64,000 nucleotides of DNA from a virus (Duplodnaviria; Heunggongvirae; Uroviricota; Caudoviricetes): IMG/VR virus record IMGVR_UViG_3300027260_000002. One strand, 5' to 3'. Shown here piece after piece: positions 48,122 through 57,141 of this stretch (within the stretch, counting starts at the first letter, position 1; every line of letters starts with the position of its first letter). The translations under genes were made by a program, and so were the position numbers. A model generated the notes under the pieces. The model made no database searches, was not told where the DNA came from, and saw only the letters and a list, made by a program, of their open reading frames with translations.

Positions 48122-48847
48122 ATGTTCTTAAGGAGCGTAGATAGAACGTATCATCTATTTGTATTACAACTAGCGATGCCTATCATCGCAGTATGGGCAA
48201 CCATAACATATTTTTCATGGCCATGGGTATTAGCTTCCGTAGTCATGTTTTTCCTTATGCGTTGTGTTGGATCTGTGGTAACTTATCATCGAATTCACGG
48301 GCATAGAACACATACGATGCATCCTATCGTAGAGTTTATTTGTACTGGTCTTGGATTTTATGGAAGTATCTCTTCACCAATAGACTTTTGCGCGGCGCAT
48401 GTTAATCATCACAAATACATGGATACAGAGAAAGATCCGCATTCTCCTAAGTATCTTGGATGGAAAGCTATGTTTCCACTCTTTTGGGTAAATCGTCAGT
48501 CCGGAGATCTTCGAACTATTATCAGATTAAGTAAAAACAAGATTACGATGTTCTATCATGATTATTATTGGCCTCTACTTCTTATTCCATTCTTACTACT
48601 TTTTGTATCTCTCGAAGCATTCTTGTTTTTGTTTGTAGTTCCTACAGGGATTTCTTTGTTTACACTTTCAATATCTACTCTGAATCATGATAAAAATGGA
48701 CCAAAAAGAATGTCATGGTGGTATGGAATATTAACAGGTGGAGAACATCATCATGACTGGCATCACAATCATGCAACAGACACGAGCGGAGAAGGCTGGC
48801 TCGATTATGTTGCCAATGCAGTAGGCACAAAAAGGGTTAAAAGATGA
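48122..48847 (+). CDS. Membrane fatty-acid desaturase (delta-9-like, di-iron)
   Basis: Three His boxes: HRIHGH (HX4H), HVNHH..D...DPHSP, HDWHH; hydrophobic transmembrane segments. Confidence 0.88.
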   Translation: MFLRSVDRTYHLFVLQLAMPIIAVWATITYFSWPWVLASVVMFFLMRCVGSVVTYHRIHGHRTHTMHPIVEFICTGLGFYGSISSPIDFCAAHVNHHKYMDTEKDPHSPKYLGWKAMFPLFWVNRQSGDLRTIIRLSKNKITMFYHDYYWPLLLIPFLLLFVSLEAFLFLFVVPTGISLFTLSISTLNHDKNGPKRMSWWYGILTGGEHHHDWHHNHATDTSGEGWLDYVANAVGTKRVKR

Positions 48848-49392
48848 ATATCGTAACTACTACAATTAATGACTTATCAGAAGTCGATTTCGATGATCTA
48901 TACGAGAGATCAAGAGATGCTATCGATGTAAATTGGCCAGCAGATTCTTCTCTTACGGGTGAAGAAAGAAAGGCTAAAATCATAGAAATCATTACGAGTG
49001 GGATTAATAATGAGTGGCCCGGTTTAAATGCTCATAGCCCAAATGATGAGTATTTTATGGCCAAATCTGTAGATACTGATACTAATAAAGTCATGGCACT
49101 AGTATGCGGATATATTATAGATGGAGATACTCATGATGGAAGACATTCACTTGCAGCTGCAGATGAAAATGGTTCAAGAAATTGGCTTTATTCAGAACAG
49201 ACTCGTGCCTCACAAAATCAATATCAAAGAGATAATGGTATAACTAAATTGCTTTTTAGAAATATTCCTACAAATTCTGTTATGCATAAAATTATTAAAC
49301 GCCGAGCAAATGCCGGAGATTATGAAGTTATAGAAGAAACTTTAGGATTTGGAGAAGGTTTTACAAATATAAAAGTATTACTAAATCTATGA
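48844..49392 (+). CDS. Hypothetical protein (weak possibility of a GNAT-like fold)
   Basis: 182 aa with ATGA overlaps on both sides. No firm motif. Confidence 0.6.
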   Translation: MNIVTTTINDLSEVDFDDLYERSRDAIDVNWPADSSLTGEERKAKIIEIITSGINNEWPGLNAHSPNDEYFMAKSVDTDTNKVMALVCGYIIDGDTHDGRHSLAAADENGSRNWLYSEQTRASQNQYQRDNGITKLLFRNIPTNSVMHKIIKRRANAGDYEVIEETLGFGEGFTNIKVLLNL

Positions 49393-50093
49393 AGTTTCTA
49401 TTGAATGTAGGTGCCGAGAAAGCTGGCACTACTTGGTTATATGATTATTTTCGAAACCACCCAGAATTCTATGATATGGGAAAAGAACTCAATATCATTC
49501 AGAGAGATGATTTGGTTCCTATCTTAGAAGACGTAGACGAATATAGAAAAGATATAGAGTCTTTCTTTCGAACAGTTTCAAGTGTAAATCAAGTGACAGG
49601 CGACTTCACACACTATGAAGGCTCGAGCGAAAACGTTTTTCGACTCGTAAAGAATGGCTTACTAAAATATGATATCGAAGTAGTGCCAGTTTATATTATG
49701 CGAGATCCTATTCGCAGAGCTTGGTCCGCTTGGAATTCTCTCGGAGGAGGTAAGATTTCAACTAAATCGACAGCTTCACAGTTTGTGATGACTAATTTTA
49801 TGTCATGCAAATATAGAGAAACGATAGAAGCTCTAGACAATGTTTTTGCCAATCCGCTCTATTTCTTCTATGAAGATTTTTTTACTCAAGACAATATCAA
49901 TAAGATATGCGATGAGTTGCAGATTTCTCATCTGCCGGCAGAATGCGACATCAAAATCAATGCTTCTCCGTATAAGAAAATACCAGACGCTTTCTTGAAA
50001 ACTTTTGGCAAATCTTCGAAGAACGTGACTGCAGTTAAATATATTTTTGAAAGATTTGAAAATGTACCATGGAAACTCGAGGATTATTCATAG
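49389..50093 (+). CDS. PAPS-dependent sulfotransferase family protein
   Basis: 5'-PSB loop VGAEKAGTTWL....HP...KE; 3'-PB motif IMRDPIRRAWS. Confidence 0.82.
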   Translation: MKFLLNVGAEKAGTTWLYDYFRNHPEFYDMGKELNIIQRDDLVPILEDVDEYRKDIESFFRTVSSVNQVTGDFTHYEGSSENVFRLVKNGLLKYDIEVVPVYIMRDPIRRAWSAWNSLGGGKISTKSTASQFVMTNFMSCKYRETIEALDNVFANPLYFFYEDFFTQDNINKICDELQISHLPAECDIKINASPYKKIPDAFLKTFGKSSKNVTAVKYIFERFENVPWKLEDYS

Positions 50094-50655
50094 ATCTACT
50101 GTCGACGAAGATGTTCGCCTAAGATTGCTTGAAGGTTTAAATAGTCCTACGCAAATGCATTACTTTGATCGTAACGAGGCTATGAACGCAACAGACGAAG
50201 CTGTACTCGAGTTTCTCGATAGAGAACAGTTTAACTGTAATAAAACTCACATCGAATATTGGTATCAGTCTCAACAAGGTTCTGGAGATCTGTGGCCTCA
50301 CGTGGACTTTAATGAGAAGCTTCGTTATAGAATTGATGCTGGAGAACAATTAAAACCAGAAGAACTGATGTCTCCAATCACCATCGCATGTTATTTAGAG
50401 GCAACTGATCTTGAAGGCGGAGAATTCTGCATCTCTGAAAGAAGTTGGTTAGACTATGAAAAAGAACTCAACGATCCAGTAGATTTAAAAGAAGAGTTGC
50501 TCAAATATACGCACGAATCTTTTCAACCCTTCGAAGGCGCAGTGTTATACTTCGAGGGCAGTCGATACTATCATTGGATCAACGAAGTCAAACGAGGATC
50601 TCGTAAAAGTATATTGATTAATTTCTGGGATGAGTGTAGCCTTAAGTCCACTTAG
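50062..50655 (+). CDS. 2OG-Fe(II) oxygenase-like protein
   Basis: WPHVD (HxD), I.CYL...LEGGEF, YYHWI..V..G.R.S..INFW. ATG 50062 preferred over TTG 50047. Confidence 0.78.
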   Translation: MYHGNSRIIHRSTVDEDVRLRLLEGLNSPTQMHYFDRNEAMNATDEAVLEFLDREQFNCNKTHIEYWYQSQQGSGDLWPHVDFNEKLRYRIDAGEQLKPEELMSPITIACYLEATDLEGGEFCISERSWLDYEKELNDPVDLKEELLKYTHESFQPFEGAVLYFEGSRYYHWINEVKRGSRKSILINFWDECSLKST

Positions 50656-51394
50656 TTCCATGGCGAGAACTGTATTTTGTTTCAGGATCGTATGCTGCAA
50701 AGTCTTCGTAGCGAGGATCTCCTGGTTCAGCTCGCTTACCGATGCTATACTCACCGATATGATTGACAATGTTATGGCCTTCTTCGGTCTTCAGCTTACA
50801 TGTCTGCATACCAAGTTGCTGCAATGATTTTGCTACAACATATTCGCTCAAGTTCTTCTCGCCTACTGATTCGGCATGAGGAAGATCTACTATGGCGCGC
50901 GGAAAAACACTTGCCAAACTCCAAAAATATGCCTCAGAAAGTTCGCCACGGTATTTTCCAAGTGTAATGTCTGTTTCATAAGCCTGCGTTTCCTCTTCAA
51001 AGTCATACCATTTCTGTCGTGTCAAACATACCTGAGAAACGTTACGATAATCATGTAAGATCTGAGTCATGTCGAGCATTCGAATCGGACAGTTGAATGT
51101 CACATCATCTTCTGACAGATACACATAGTCATAATCTCGTTCTCTTAGCAGTTCGAAGGTTCTATTCCATACGTATGGCAAACCCATATTCTGTTGATGT
51201 AAGAAGATCTCAGTAAAGCCAAAATTCTTGGCCAACTCGAACATCGTGCCATCATGACGACCTTTTGGCATGTCGTCGATAAAGATGCCTTCGACTTCAC
51301 AACCTTCAAAGTTTAACATGTCTCGCTGAGATTTGAGTGTAGGAATCAGATACTCGAGACGATTCGTCGACCATATTACTTTACAAACTTTCAT
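50642..51394 (-). CDS. Glycosyltransferase, GT-A fold (GT2-like)
   Basis: STNRLEYL..TL.S...IFIDD...NMGL...WN......YDYVYLSEDD. Confidence 0.78.
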   Translation of the reverse strand: MKVCKVIWSTNRLEYLIPTLKSQRDMLNFEGCEVEGIFIDDMPKGRHDGTMFELAKNFGFTEIFLHQQNMGLPYVWNRTFELLRERDYDYVYLSEDDVTFNCPIRMLDMTQILHDYRNVSQVCLTRQKWYDFEEETQAYETDITLGKYRGELSEAYFWSLASVFPRAIVDLPHAESVGEKNLSEYVVAKSLQQLGMQTCKLKTEEGHNIVNHIGEYSIGKRAEPGDPRYEDFAAYDPETKYSSRHGTKWT

Positions 51395-51942
51395 CGCGCT
51401 TGCTCCGTATCAAAGAAGAATGTTTGAAACAGACGACCATCATATAGATCTTTACCGAAGTAATCTAAGCTGGCATGGAAGAGATCGCCGCTATAAAGAA
51501 TCAATCGATTGTATTTGTTGCCTACAATATCAATCTTATCCCACTTGGTATAGTCATATGCCTCGTGTTCGTTTGTTGGAGCTCGATACTCGCCTGTTTC
51601 TTTATGTCGAAACATTCCTGTGCCTGCGGTATGTGGTGCATCTGGTGACAAGTAACATACACCAGCCCACATACTCGTATGATCGCAATGGATCCACGTT
51701 CTATCTGAAGCAGTAGCGTATTGAAAAGCACCAGTGTAACCCGAGTCTTCGTGCCAATTGGTAATCTTTCCAATCGGATTCATCCAATGCTGAATGCAGT
51801 CCTTGACATCTTGTGTCATGAACGAAGGTGTTCGTTTTCCTGGATAGTTGCCTGTGACGCTAAAGTCTTGTGTAAGAGCAAAGGCTCTGACCGCGTCGGG
51901 ATTAATATAGAAGTTATCGATAATCATCAAGTCTAAGTTCAT
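51391..51942 (-). CDS. DUF6445-like putative 2OG-Fe(II) oxygenase
   Basis: IIDNFY.NPD.VR..AL....GNYPG.R; WIHCD (HxD); WAGV.YL.P.AP...GT; NKYNRL.LY....FH; GRL.Q.FFF. Confidence 0.75.
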   Translation of the reverse strand: MNLDLMIIDNFYINPDAVRAFALTQDFSVTGNYPGKRTPSFMTQDVKDCIQHWMNPIGKITNWHEDSGYTGAFQYATASDRTWIHCDHTSMWAGVCYLSPDAPHTAGTGMFRHKETGEYRAPTNEHEAYDYTKWDKIDIVGNKYNRLILYSGDLFHASLDYFGKDLYDGRLFQTFFFDTEQAR

Positions 51943-51973
51943 AATATTTCAAGTCCTCATGCTGTACTCGTTG

Positions 51974-51994
51974 TATTTATACGGCTTATAAATA
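51974..51994. promoter_or_regulatory. Divergent late promoters: TATAAATA on the - strand (51974-51981) and the + strand (51987-51994)
   Basis: Both consensus octamers lie between the inverted oxygenase/GT pair and gp13; CATAAATA also occurs at 52003. Confidence 0.85.
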
Positions 51995-52027
51995 GCCAGA
52001 CACATAAATATAATAAAGAGGTATTCG

Positions 52028-52771
52028 ATGGCCATTCCTACTACAAAAGCAACATTTAAAGAGTATTGCCTTCGTAAACTCGGCAAACCAGTCATTGAGA
52101 TCAATGTCGACGAAGATCAGGTAGATGATCGTGTTGACGAAGCTTTACGTTACTGGTATGACTATCACTTTGATGGTTCTGAAAGAGTATACTACAAGCA
52201 TGCTATCACGTCAACTGACGTAACAAACAAGTATATCACTCTTCCAGAGAATATCATTGGCGCTGTCAGCATCTTCTCGATGGGTGATCCTTCGATTCGT
52301 TCTGACGACCTCTTTAATATTCGCTATCAGATCGCACTGAACGACCTCTATACTCTGACTAACGTATCGCTTGTTCCATACTACATGGTGATGGAACATC
52401 TTGCTCTGATGAACGAGCTTCTTGTCGGTAAACAGCCGATTCGTTATTCTCGCCATAAAGATCGACTACACGTTGATATGGATTGGAATACAGTTGCTGT
52501 CGGCGAATTCTTACTCGTCGAAGCTTACGAAGTAGTTGATCCAGAAACATGGACAGATGCTTATAACGATCGTTGGCTTCAGAACTATGCTACGACTCTG
52601 ATCAAAGAGCAATGGGGTTCGAACCTTACGAAGTTTACAGGCATGACTTTACCTGGAGGAGTGCAGTTCAACGGAGAGAAAATTTATGATGATGCTGTGG
52701 CCGAAAGAAAAAAACTCGAAGACGAGATGATTTCTTCTTATTCTCTGCCGGTTCTCGATATGATTGGATAA
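52028..52771 (+). CDS. gp13: Neck protein gp13
   Basis: P.T...FKEYCLRKLG.PVIEINVD.DQ.DDR.DEAL..W.DYHFDG; LIK.QWG.NL.KF.G..LPGGV.FNG. Confidence 0.95.
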   Translation: MAIPTTKATFKEYCLRKLGKPVIEINVDEDQVDDRVDEALRYWYDYHFDGSERVYYKHAITSTDVTNKYITLPENIIGAVSIFSMGDPSIRSDDLFNIRYQIALNDLYTLTNVSLVPYYMVMEHLALMNELLVGKQPIRYSRHKDRLHVDMDWNTVAVGEFLLVEAYEVVDPETWTDAYNDRWLQNYATTLIKEQWGSNLTKFTGMTLPGGVQFNGEKIYDDAVAERKKLEDEMISSYSLPVLDMIG

Positions 52772-52774
52772 TAC

Positions 52775-53503
52775 ATGTCGACCAATTTCTATTTCAACAA
52801 CTTTACAAATAGCCAAGAGCAGGTCTTAATTGAAGATCTGGTTCTCGAGTCTATTCAAATTTATGGGCATGATGTATTCTACTGTCCTCGTACACTCGTA
52901 GAAAAAGACGAAATCTACGAAGAAGATGCATTATCACAGTACAACAGTTCTTACTTAATTGACATGTATATTCGTAGCTATGAGAGTTATGAAGGTGACG
53001 GACAATTCTTGTCGAAGTTTGGTCTTGAAATCAGAGATCAGGTTACATTTACCGTGTCCGTTCGTAACTTTATGAATGAGATTGGCTCAGTAGAAATGAT
53101 CGATCGTCCTCAAGAAGGCGATCTCATTTATCTTGCCATGGCAGATCGTTTGATGTATGTCAAATACGTCAATAAAACTCCTGTCTTCTATCAGATGGGC
53201 GCCATTCAAATGTATGATCTCGTTTGCGAGATGTTTGAATACAGCAGCGAGCAGTTAAATACTGGCATTGAAGCCATTGATAGCATTGAGAAATTAAGCA
53301 GCCTCAGCCTCGACGAATTTGGAATCTTGACGAATGACGGTTTACTTCTGGTTACTCAAGAAGGAAATCCTATTATACAAGGCAGCTATGATTTTGGCAC
53401 ACAAGCCGGAGATGCATTCGAAGATAATATGGAGTTTGAGACAGGCGGCGACAGCATCCTTGACTGGACACAAATCGATCCGTTTAGTGAGGGACAAGTA
53501 TAA
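52775..53503 (+). CDS. gp14: Neck protein gp14
   Basis: N.YF......EQ.L.EDL..ESIQIYG.DV.Y.PR...SKFGL...D...RP.EGDLIY...FYQ.G....Y.L.CE.FEYS.E..NPF-type end. Confidence 0.95.
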   Translation: MSTNFYFNNFTNSQEQVLIEDLVLESIQIYGHDVFYCPRTLVEKDEIYEEDALSQYNSSYLIDMYIRSYESYEGDGQFLSKFGLEIRDQVTFTVSVRNFMNEIGSVEMIDRPQEGDLIYLAMADRLMYVKYVNKTPVFYQMGAIQMYDLVCEMFEYSSEQLNTGIEAIDSIEKLSSLSLDEFGILTNDGLLLVTQEGNPIIQGSYDFGTQAGDAFEDNMEFETGGDSILDWTQIDPFSEGQV

Positions 53504-54333
53504 TGTTTGGAAGAACATGGAATCATGACAGTTTAAGAAAATACATCATCGTATTTGGAACTGTCTTTAACGATATCTATATTAATCGCTTGAGCAATGC
53601 CGGAGAAGTGCTTCAGACGCTGAAAGTTCCTTTGACATACGGTCCAAAAGACAAAGTGCTTTCAAGACTCGAGCAAAGTCCAAGACTCGATAATCAAGTT
53701 GGTATCATTCTTCCTCGTATTTCTTTCGAAATGACGACCATGGAGTATGATCCTACTCGTAAGTTGAATACTCTGAATAAACTGACGAAGCAATCTACTA
53801 ATGCAGGCACAGACGACGAAGTCAAATATCAGTATCAACCTGTTCCATATGACATGCAGTTCGAGATGAACATCTTGGTCAAGAATGCTGAAGATGGCAC
53901 TCGTATCGTAGAGCAAATAGTTCCGTACTTTACTCCTGATTTTACAGTGAGTGTCAATCTTGTTCCTGAAGTCGATGGCCCACGAGACATTCCTATCATT
54001 CTAAATAGTATCACTTCTCAAGATGAATATGAAGGTAGCTTTGAACAAAGAAGAGCACTGATCTGGACGCTTAGCTTTACGATGAAAGGTTACTTGTATG
54101 GACCAACGAAGAAATCAAAATTAATCAAACTCGCAGAAACAACGTTCAGACTTCCAGAAGATGTCGAGACAGGAAACACCGATAATACCGCCAATACAAT
54201 AGTCGTGGCTTCGAGACCTGGACTTACTGCGAACGGACAACCTACTACCAACACTGCTTTAAGTATTTCATATGAAGATATTAAGAGCACGGATAACTAT
54301 AGCATTATCAATACAATTACTGAGAATATCTAA
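53503..54333 (+). CDS. gp15: Tail terminator/sheath stabiliser gp15
   Basis: RKYI..FGT.FN.I...VPL.YGPK.K.L.RL...LPR.SFEM..M.YD..RK; QIVPYF.P; W.L.F..KGYLYGP. Confidence 0.95.
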   Translation: MFGRTWNHDSLRKYIIVFGTVFNDIYINRLSNAGEVLQTLKVPLTYGPKDKVLSRLEQSPRLDNQVGIILPRISFEMTTMEYDPTRKLNTLNKLTKQSTNAGTDDEVKYQYQPVPYDMQFEMNILVKNAEDGTRIVEQIVPYFTPDFTVSVNLVPEVDGPRDIPIILNSITSQDEYEGSFEQRRALIWTLSFTMKGYLYGPTKKSKLIKLAETTFRLPEDVETGNTDNTANTIVVASRPGLTANGQPTTNTALSISYEDIKSTDNYSIINTITENI

Positions 54334-54722
54334 TGAGCAATGAACTTGATAAATTTTTAAACATCGCCTCTGGCGATAACTTACCAGCTGTGATCGAAAA
54401 GAAGATGAGCACTCAAGTCTCGGTAGACTTTGAATATGCTCGCGAGAACATGATGGAAGTCATCAATAAGGGTCAAGAAGCACTCTTTGATCTAATGGAT
54501 GTGGCCAAACAAAGTCAGCATCCTCGAGCATATGAAGTCTTGGCAACCATGATGAATACCATGGTGGCAGCAAGCAAAGACTTAGTCGATCTTCAGGCAA
54601 AAAAGAAGAAGATCATGGAAGACGATCCTTCGGCTTCTCCTCAGCAAGTCACAAACAATCTCTTCGTCGGCTCGACAGCAGAGTTACAGAAATATCTGAA
54701 GCAGCACAAAGATGGCGAGTGA
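54333..54722 (+). CDS. gp16: Terminase small subunit gp16
   Basis: D.EYAR.N....I.KG..A...L..VA..S.HPRAYEV; NNLFVGST.ELQK.L. Confidence 0.93.
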   Translation: MSNELDKFLNIASGDNLPAVIEKKMSTQVSVDFEYARENMMEVINKGQEALFDLMDVAKQSQHPRAYEVLATMMNTMVAASKDLVDLQAKKKKIMEDDPSASPQQVTNNLFVGSTAELQKYLKQHKDGE

Positions 54723-56385
54723 AAACTATCTCGGGAATCCGAGACTTAAAAGAGCAGACACAAAGGTCGAGTATACTCCCGAACAAGTCGCAGAGTACAT
54801 TAAGTGCTCTGAGGATCCGATCTACTTTATCTTAACTTATTGTAAGATCGTCAACATCGATAAGGGTCTGATCATGTTCCCGCTCTGGGAATTCCAGAAG
54901 GAAATGATCCTCGCCTTCGAAGCCAATCGATTCGTTATCTGTAAGATGCCTCGCCAGGTTGGTAAGACAACTACTGTTGCCGCTTACTTACTTTGGAAGA
55001 TTGTATTCAACGAAGAGTATTCGATCGCTATTCTGGCCAACAAAGACAGACAAGCGCGAGAAATCCTTGGTCGTATTCAGTTAATGTTTGAGCATCTTCC
55101 GAAGTGGCTTCAGATGGGTGTGACTGAATGGAATAAGGGTAACATTAAGCTTGAGAACGGATCTGAAATCCTTGCCTCAGCTACTTCATCATCTGCTATT
55201 CGTGGTACGTCTCAGAACATGGTTTACCTCGACGAGTTTGCCTTCGTTCCGACCAACATTCAAGACGAGTTCTTCGCGTCGGTTTATCCTACCATTTCAT
55301 CTGGTCAAAGTTCGAAGGTTCTGGTCACATCGACTCCAAATGGTATGAATATGTTTTACCGCATTTGGACCGAGTCCGAAGAAGGTAGAAATGCTTATGC
55401 TCGTGTCGACGTTCACTGGTCACAGATTCCTGGCCGTGACGAAGCATGGAGAGAACAGACGATCAGTAATACGTCTGAAGAACAGTTCAGACAGGAATAT
55501 GAGTGCGAGTTCCTTGGATCTTCGAACACTCTGATCCATCCTACCAAACTTCGTAATATGGTCTATAAACATCCGATTGCACAGGCAGACGGTGGACTCA
55601 AGATCTACGAAGAGCCAGAGCCAGATACAATTTATGCTATCGTAGTTGATACTTCTCGCGGAGCCGGAGCCGACTATTCTGCTTTCATTGTCGTCAACGT
55701 ATCGACGATGCCTTATCGACAAGTAGCAGCATATCGAAATAACCTGATATCGCCGATGATCTATCCGAACATCATCTATAATGCGGCCATCAAATATAAC
55801 GATGCTCTTGTTCTTGTCGAAACAAACGATATTGGTCAACAAGTAGCTGACATCTTGCACTACGATCTTGAGTATGACGGCGTTCTCGTGACTGCAAATA
55901 ACGGCAGAACGGGTCAAAGTCTGTCAGGCGGTTTTGCTACGACGACTCACTATGGTGTCAAGACTACGAAGCAGGTGAAACGAGTTGGCTGTGCCACACT
56001 CAAGACTCTCGTCGAATCTGATAAGTTCTTGATCTATGACTATGACACTATCTATGAGTTGACTCGCTTCTCGCTCAAGAATAGTTTGAAAGGCAACCAG
56101 TCATACGAAGCAGAAGACGGTAACGATGACATGGCCATGTGTTGTGTTCTCTTTGCTTGGTTGACTACGCAGCCTTATCTGAAAGAAATTACGAATATTG
56201 ATATTCGTATGCAAATTTACGAACAGAATGAGAAGATGCTTGAGCAGCAGATGCTTCCATTTGGACTCATGAGTACAGGCGACGATCAACACGATGAAGA
56301 AGTAAACGAATCACTCTTCGATGGTGGACCAAAAGATGATTTCTGGGTTGCCAAGAAGATGGGATTCTTTGAGGGGAACTTTTGA
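54712..56385 (+). CDS. gp17: Terminase large subunit gp17
   Basis: Walker A MPRQVGKTT; YLDEFAF; STPNG.N.F; RNase H-like VD.S.G.G.DYS; DDMAM. No intein or intron apparent. Confidence 0.97.
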   Translation: MASENYLGNPRLKRADTKVEYTPEQVAEYIKCSEDPIYFILTYCKIVNIDKGLIMFPLWEFQKEMILAFEANRFVICKMPRQVGKTTTVAAYLLWKIVFNEEYSIAILANKDRQAREILGRIQLMFEHLPKWLQMGVTEWNKGNIKLENGSEILASATSSSAIRGTSQNMVYLDEFAFVPTNIQDEFFASVYPTISSGQSSKVLVTSTPNGMNMFYRIWTESEEGRNAYARVDVHWSQIPGRDEAWREQTISNTSEEQFRQEYECEFLGSSNTLIHPTKLRNMVYKHPIAQADGGLKIYEEPEPDTIYAIVVDTSRGAGADYSAFIVVNVSTMPYRQVAAYRNNLISPMIYPNIIYNAAIKYNDALVLVETNDIGQQVADILHYDLEYDGVLVTANNGRTGQSLSGGFATTTHYGVKTTKQVKRVGCATLKTLVESDKFLIYDYDTIYELTRFSLKNSLKGNQSYEAEDGNDDMAMCCVLFAWLTTQPYLKEITNIDIRMQIYEQNEKMLEQQMLPFGLMSTGDDQHDEEVNESLFDGGPKDDFWVAKKMGFFEGNF

Positions 56386-56386
56386 T

Positions 56387-57094
56387 ATGGATGATTATAA
56401 TTTTGATATAAAACGCATGTTAAGAGCATTGAAGCCAGCGTTATCACATCCTACAAACGGATTGATTTTTATTGCTCAAGTAGTTAGATATGGAAGTGGA
56501 CCTTCTCTGAAGTATACATATAAAAAGATGCTGGAATCTCGACTCGGCGGAGAAATGGCTTTTAGTAATGAAGAAATTTCAAGCTATATTCCTACACTTT
56601 GTGATCGTCCAGAAGGTTCTGTTGGAAGAGTTTCTTATGAAAAGTTTAAAGAACAACAAATAAATGTAGTAAAAGTCAGCCGAAGACAGACAAACGACAA
56701 GTGGATTGAAGCCAAACACCCATATAGTTGGATGGCTAGACGTTATAGGGATACTCATGATATTTGGCATATTCTTACTGGTTATCCAACAACAGTAGAT
56801 GGAGAAATGTGCATTACTATGTTTTCGTTTGCTCAAACAAGAGCTTTAAGTTGGCTGACTATTAGTTTGACTATTCTTTTTAATGTAGGAGGACCATTAG
56901 GATTAAGAAATCTTACACCTACACATCTTAAAATGTTATACGAAGCATATCGAAATGGTAAAAAAGCTAAGTTCTTACTTGCAGAAGATTATGACAAACT
57001 ACTATCTGAAAATTTACAAGATGCTAGGGAAAGATTAAATATCAGAAGTCCACGCTTTTTTATAGATAAATCCCCTAATTTAATGAAGTTATAA
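56387..57094 (+). CDS. Coq4-like protein (ubiquinone biosynthesis COQ4 family)
   Basis: PEGSVG...W...RYRDTHDIWHILTGY.TT.DGE....FS.AQ (HDxxH...E zinc motif). ATG 56387 follows the gp17 stop; AT-rich relative to its neighbours. Confidence 0.8.
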   Translation: MDDYNFDIKRMLRALKPALSHPTNGLIFIAQVVRYGSGPSLKYTYKKMLESRLGGEMAFSNEEISSYIPTLCDRPEGSVGRVSYEKFKEQQINVVKVSRRQTNDKWIEAKHPYSWMARRYRDTHDIWHILTGYPTTVDGEMCITMFSFAQTRALSWLTISLTILFNVGGPLGLRNLTPTHLKMLYEAYRNGKKAKFLLAEDYDKLLSENLQDARERLNIRSPRFFIDKSPNLMKL

Positions 57095-57097
57095 ATA
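57090..57097 (+). promoter_or_regulatory. T4-type late promoter
   Basis: TATAAATA overlapping the Coq4-like stop codon, upstream of gp18. Confidence 0.8.
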
Positions 57098-57141
57098 AAG
57101 CAAATGCAACTTATATGACTAACCTTTAAAGGGAGATAACA

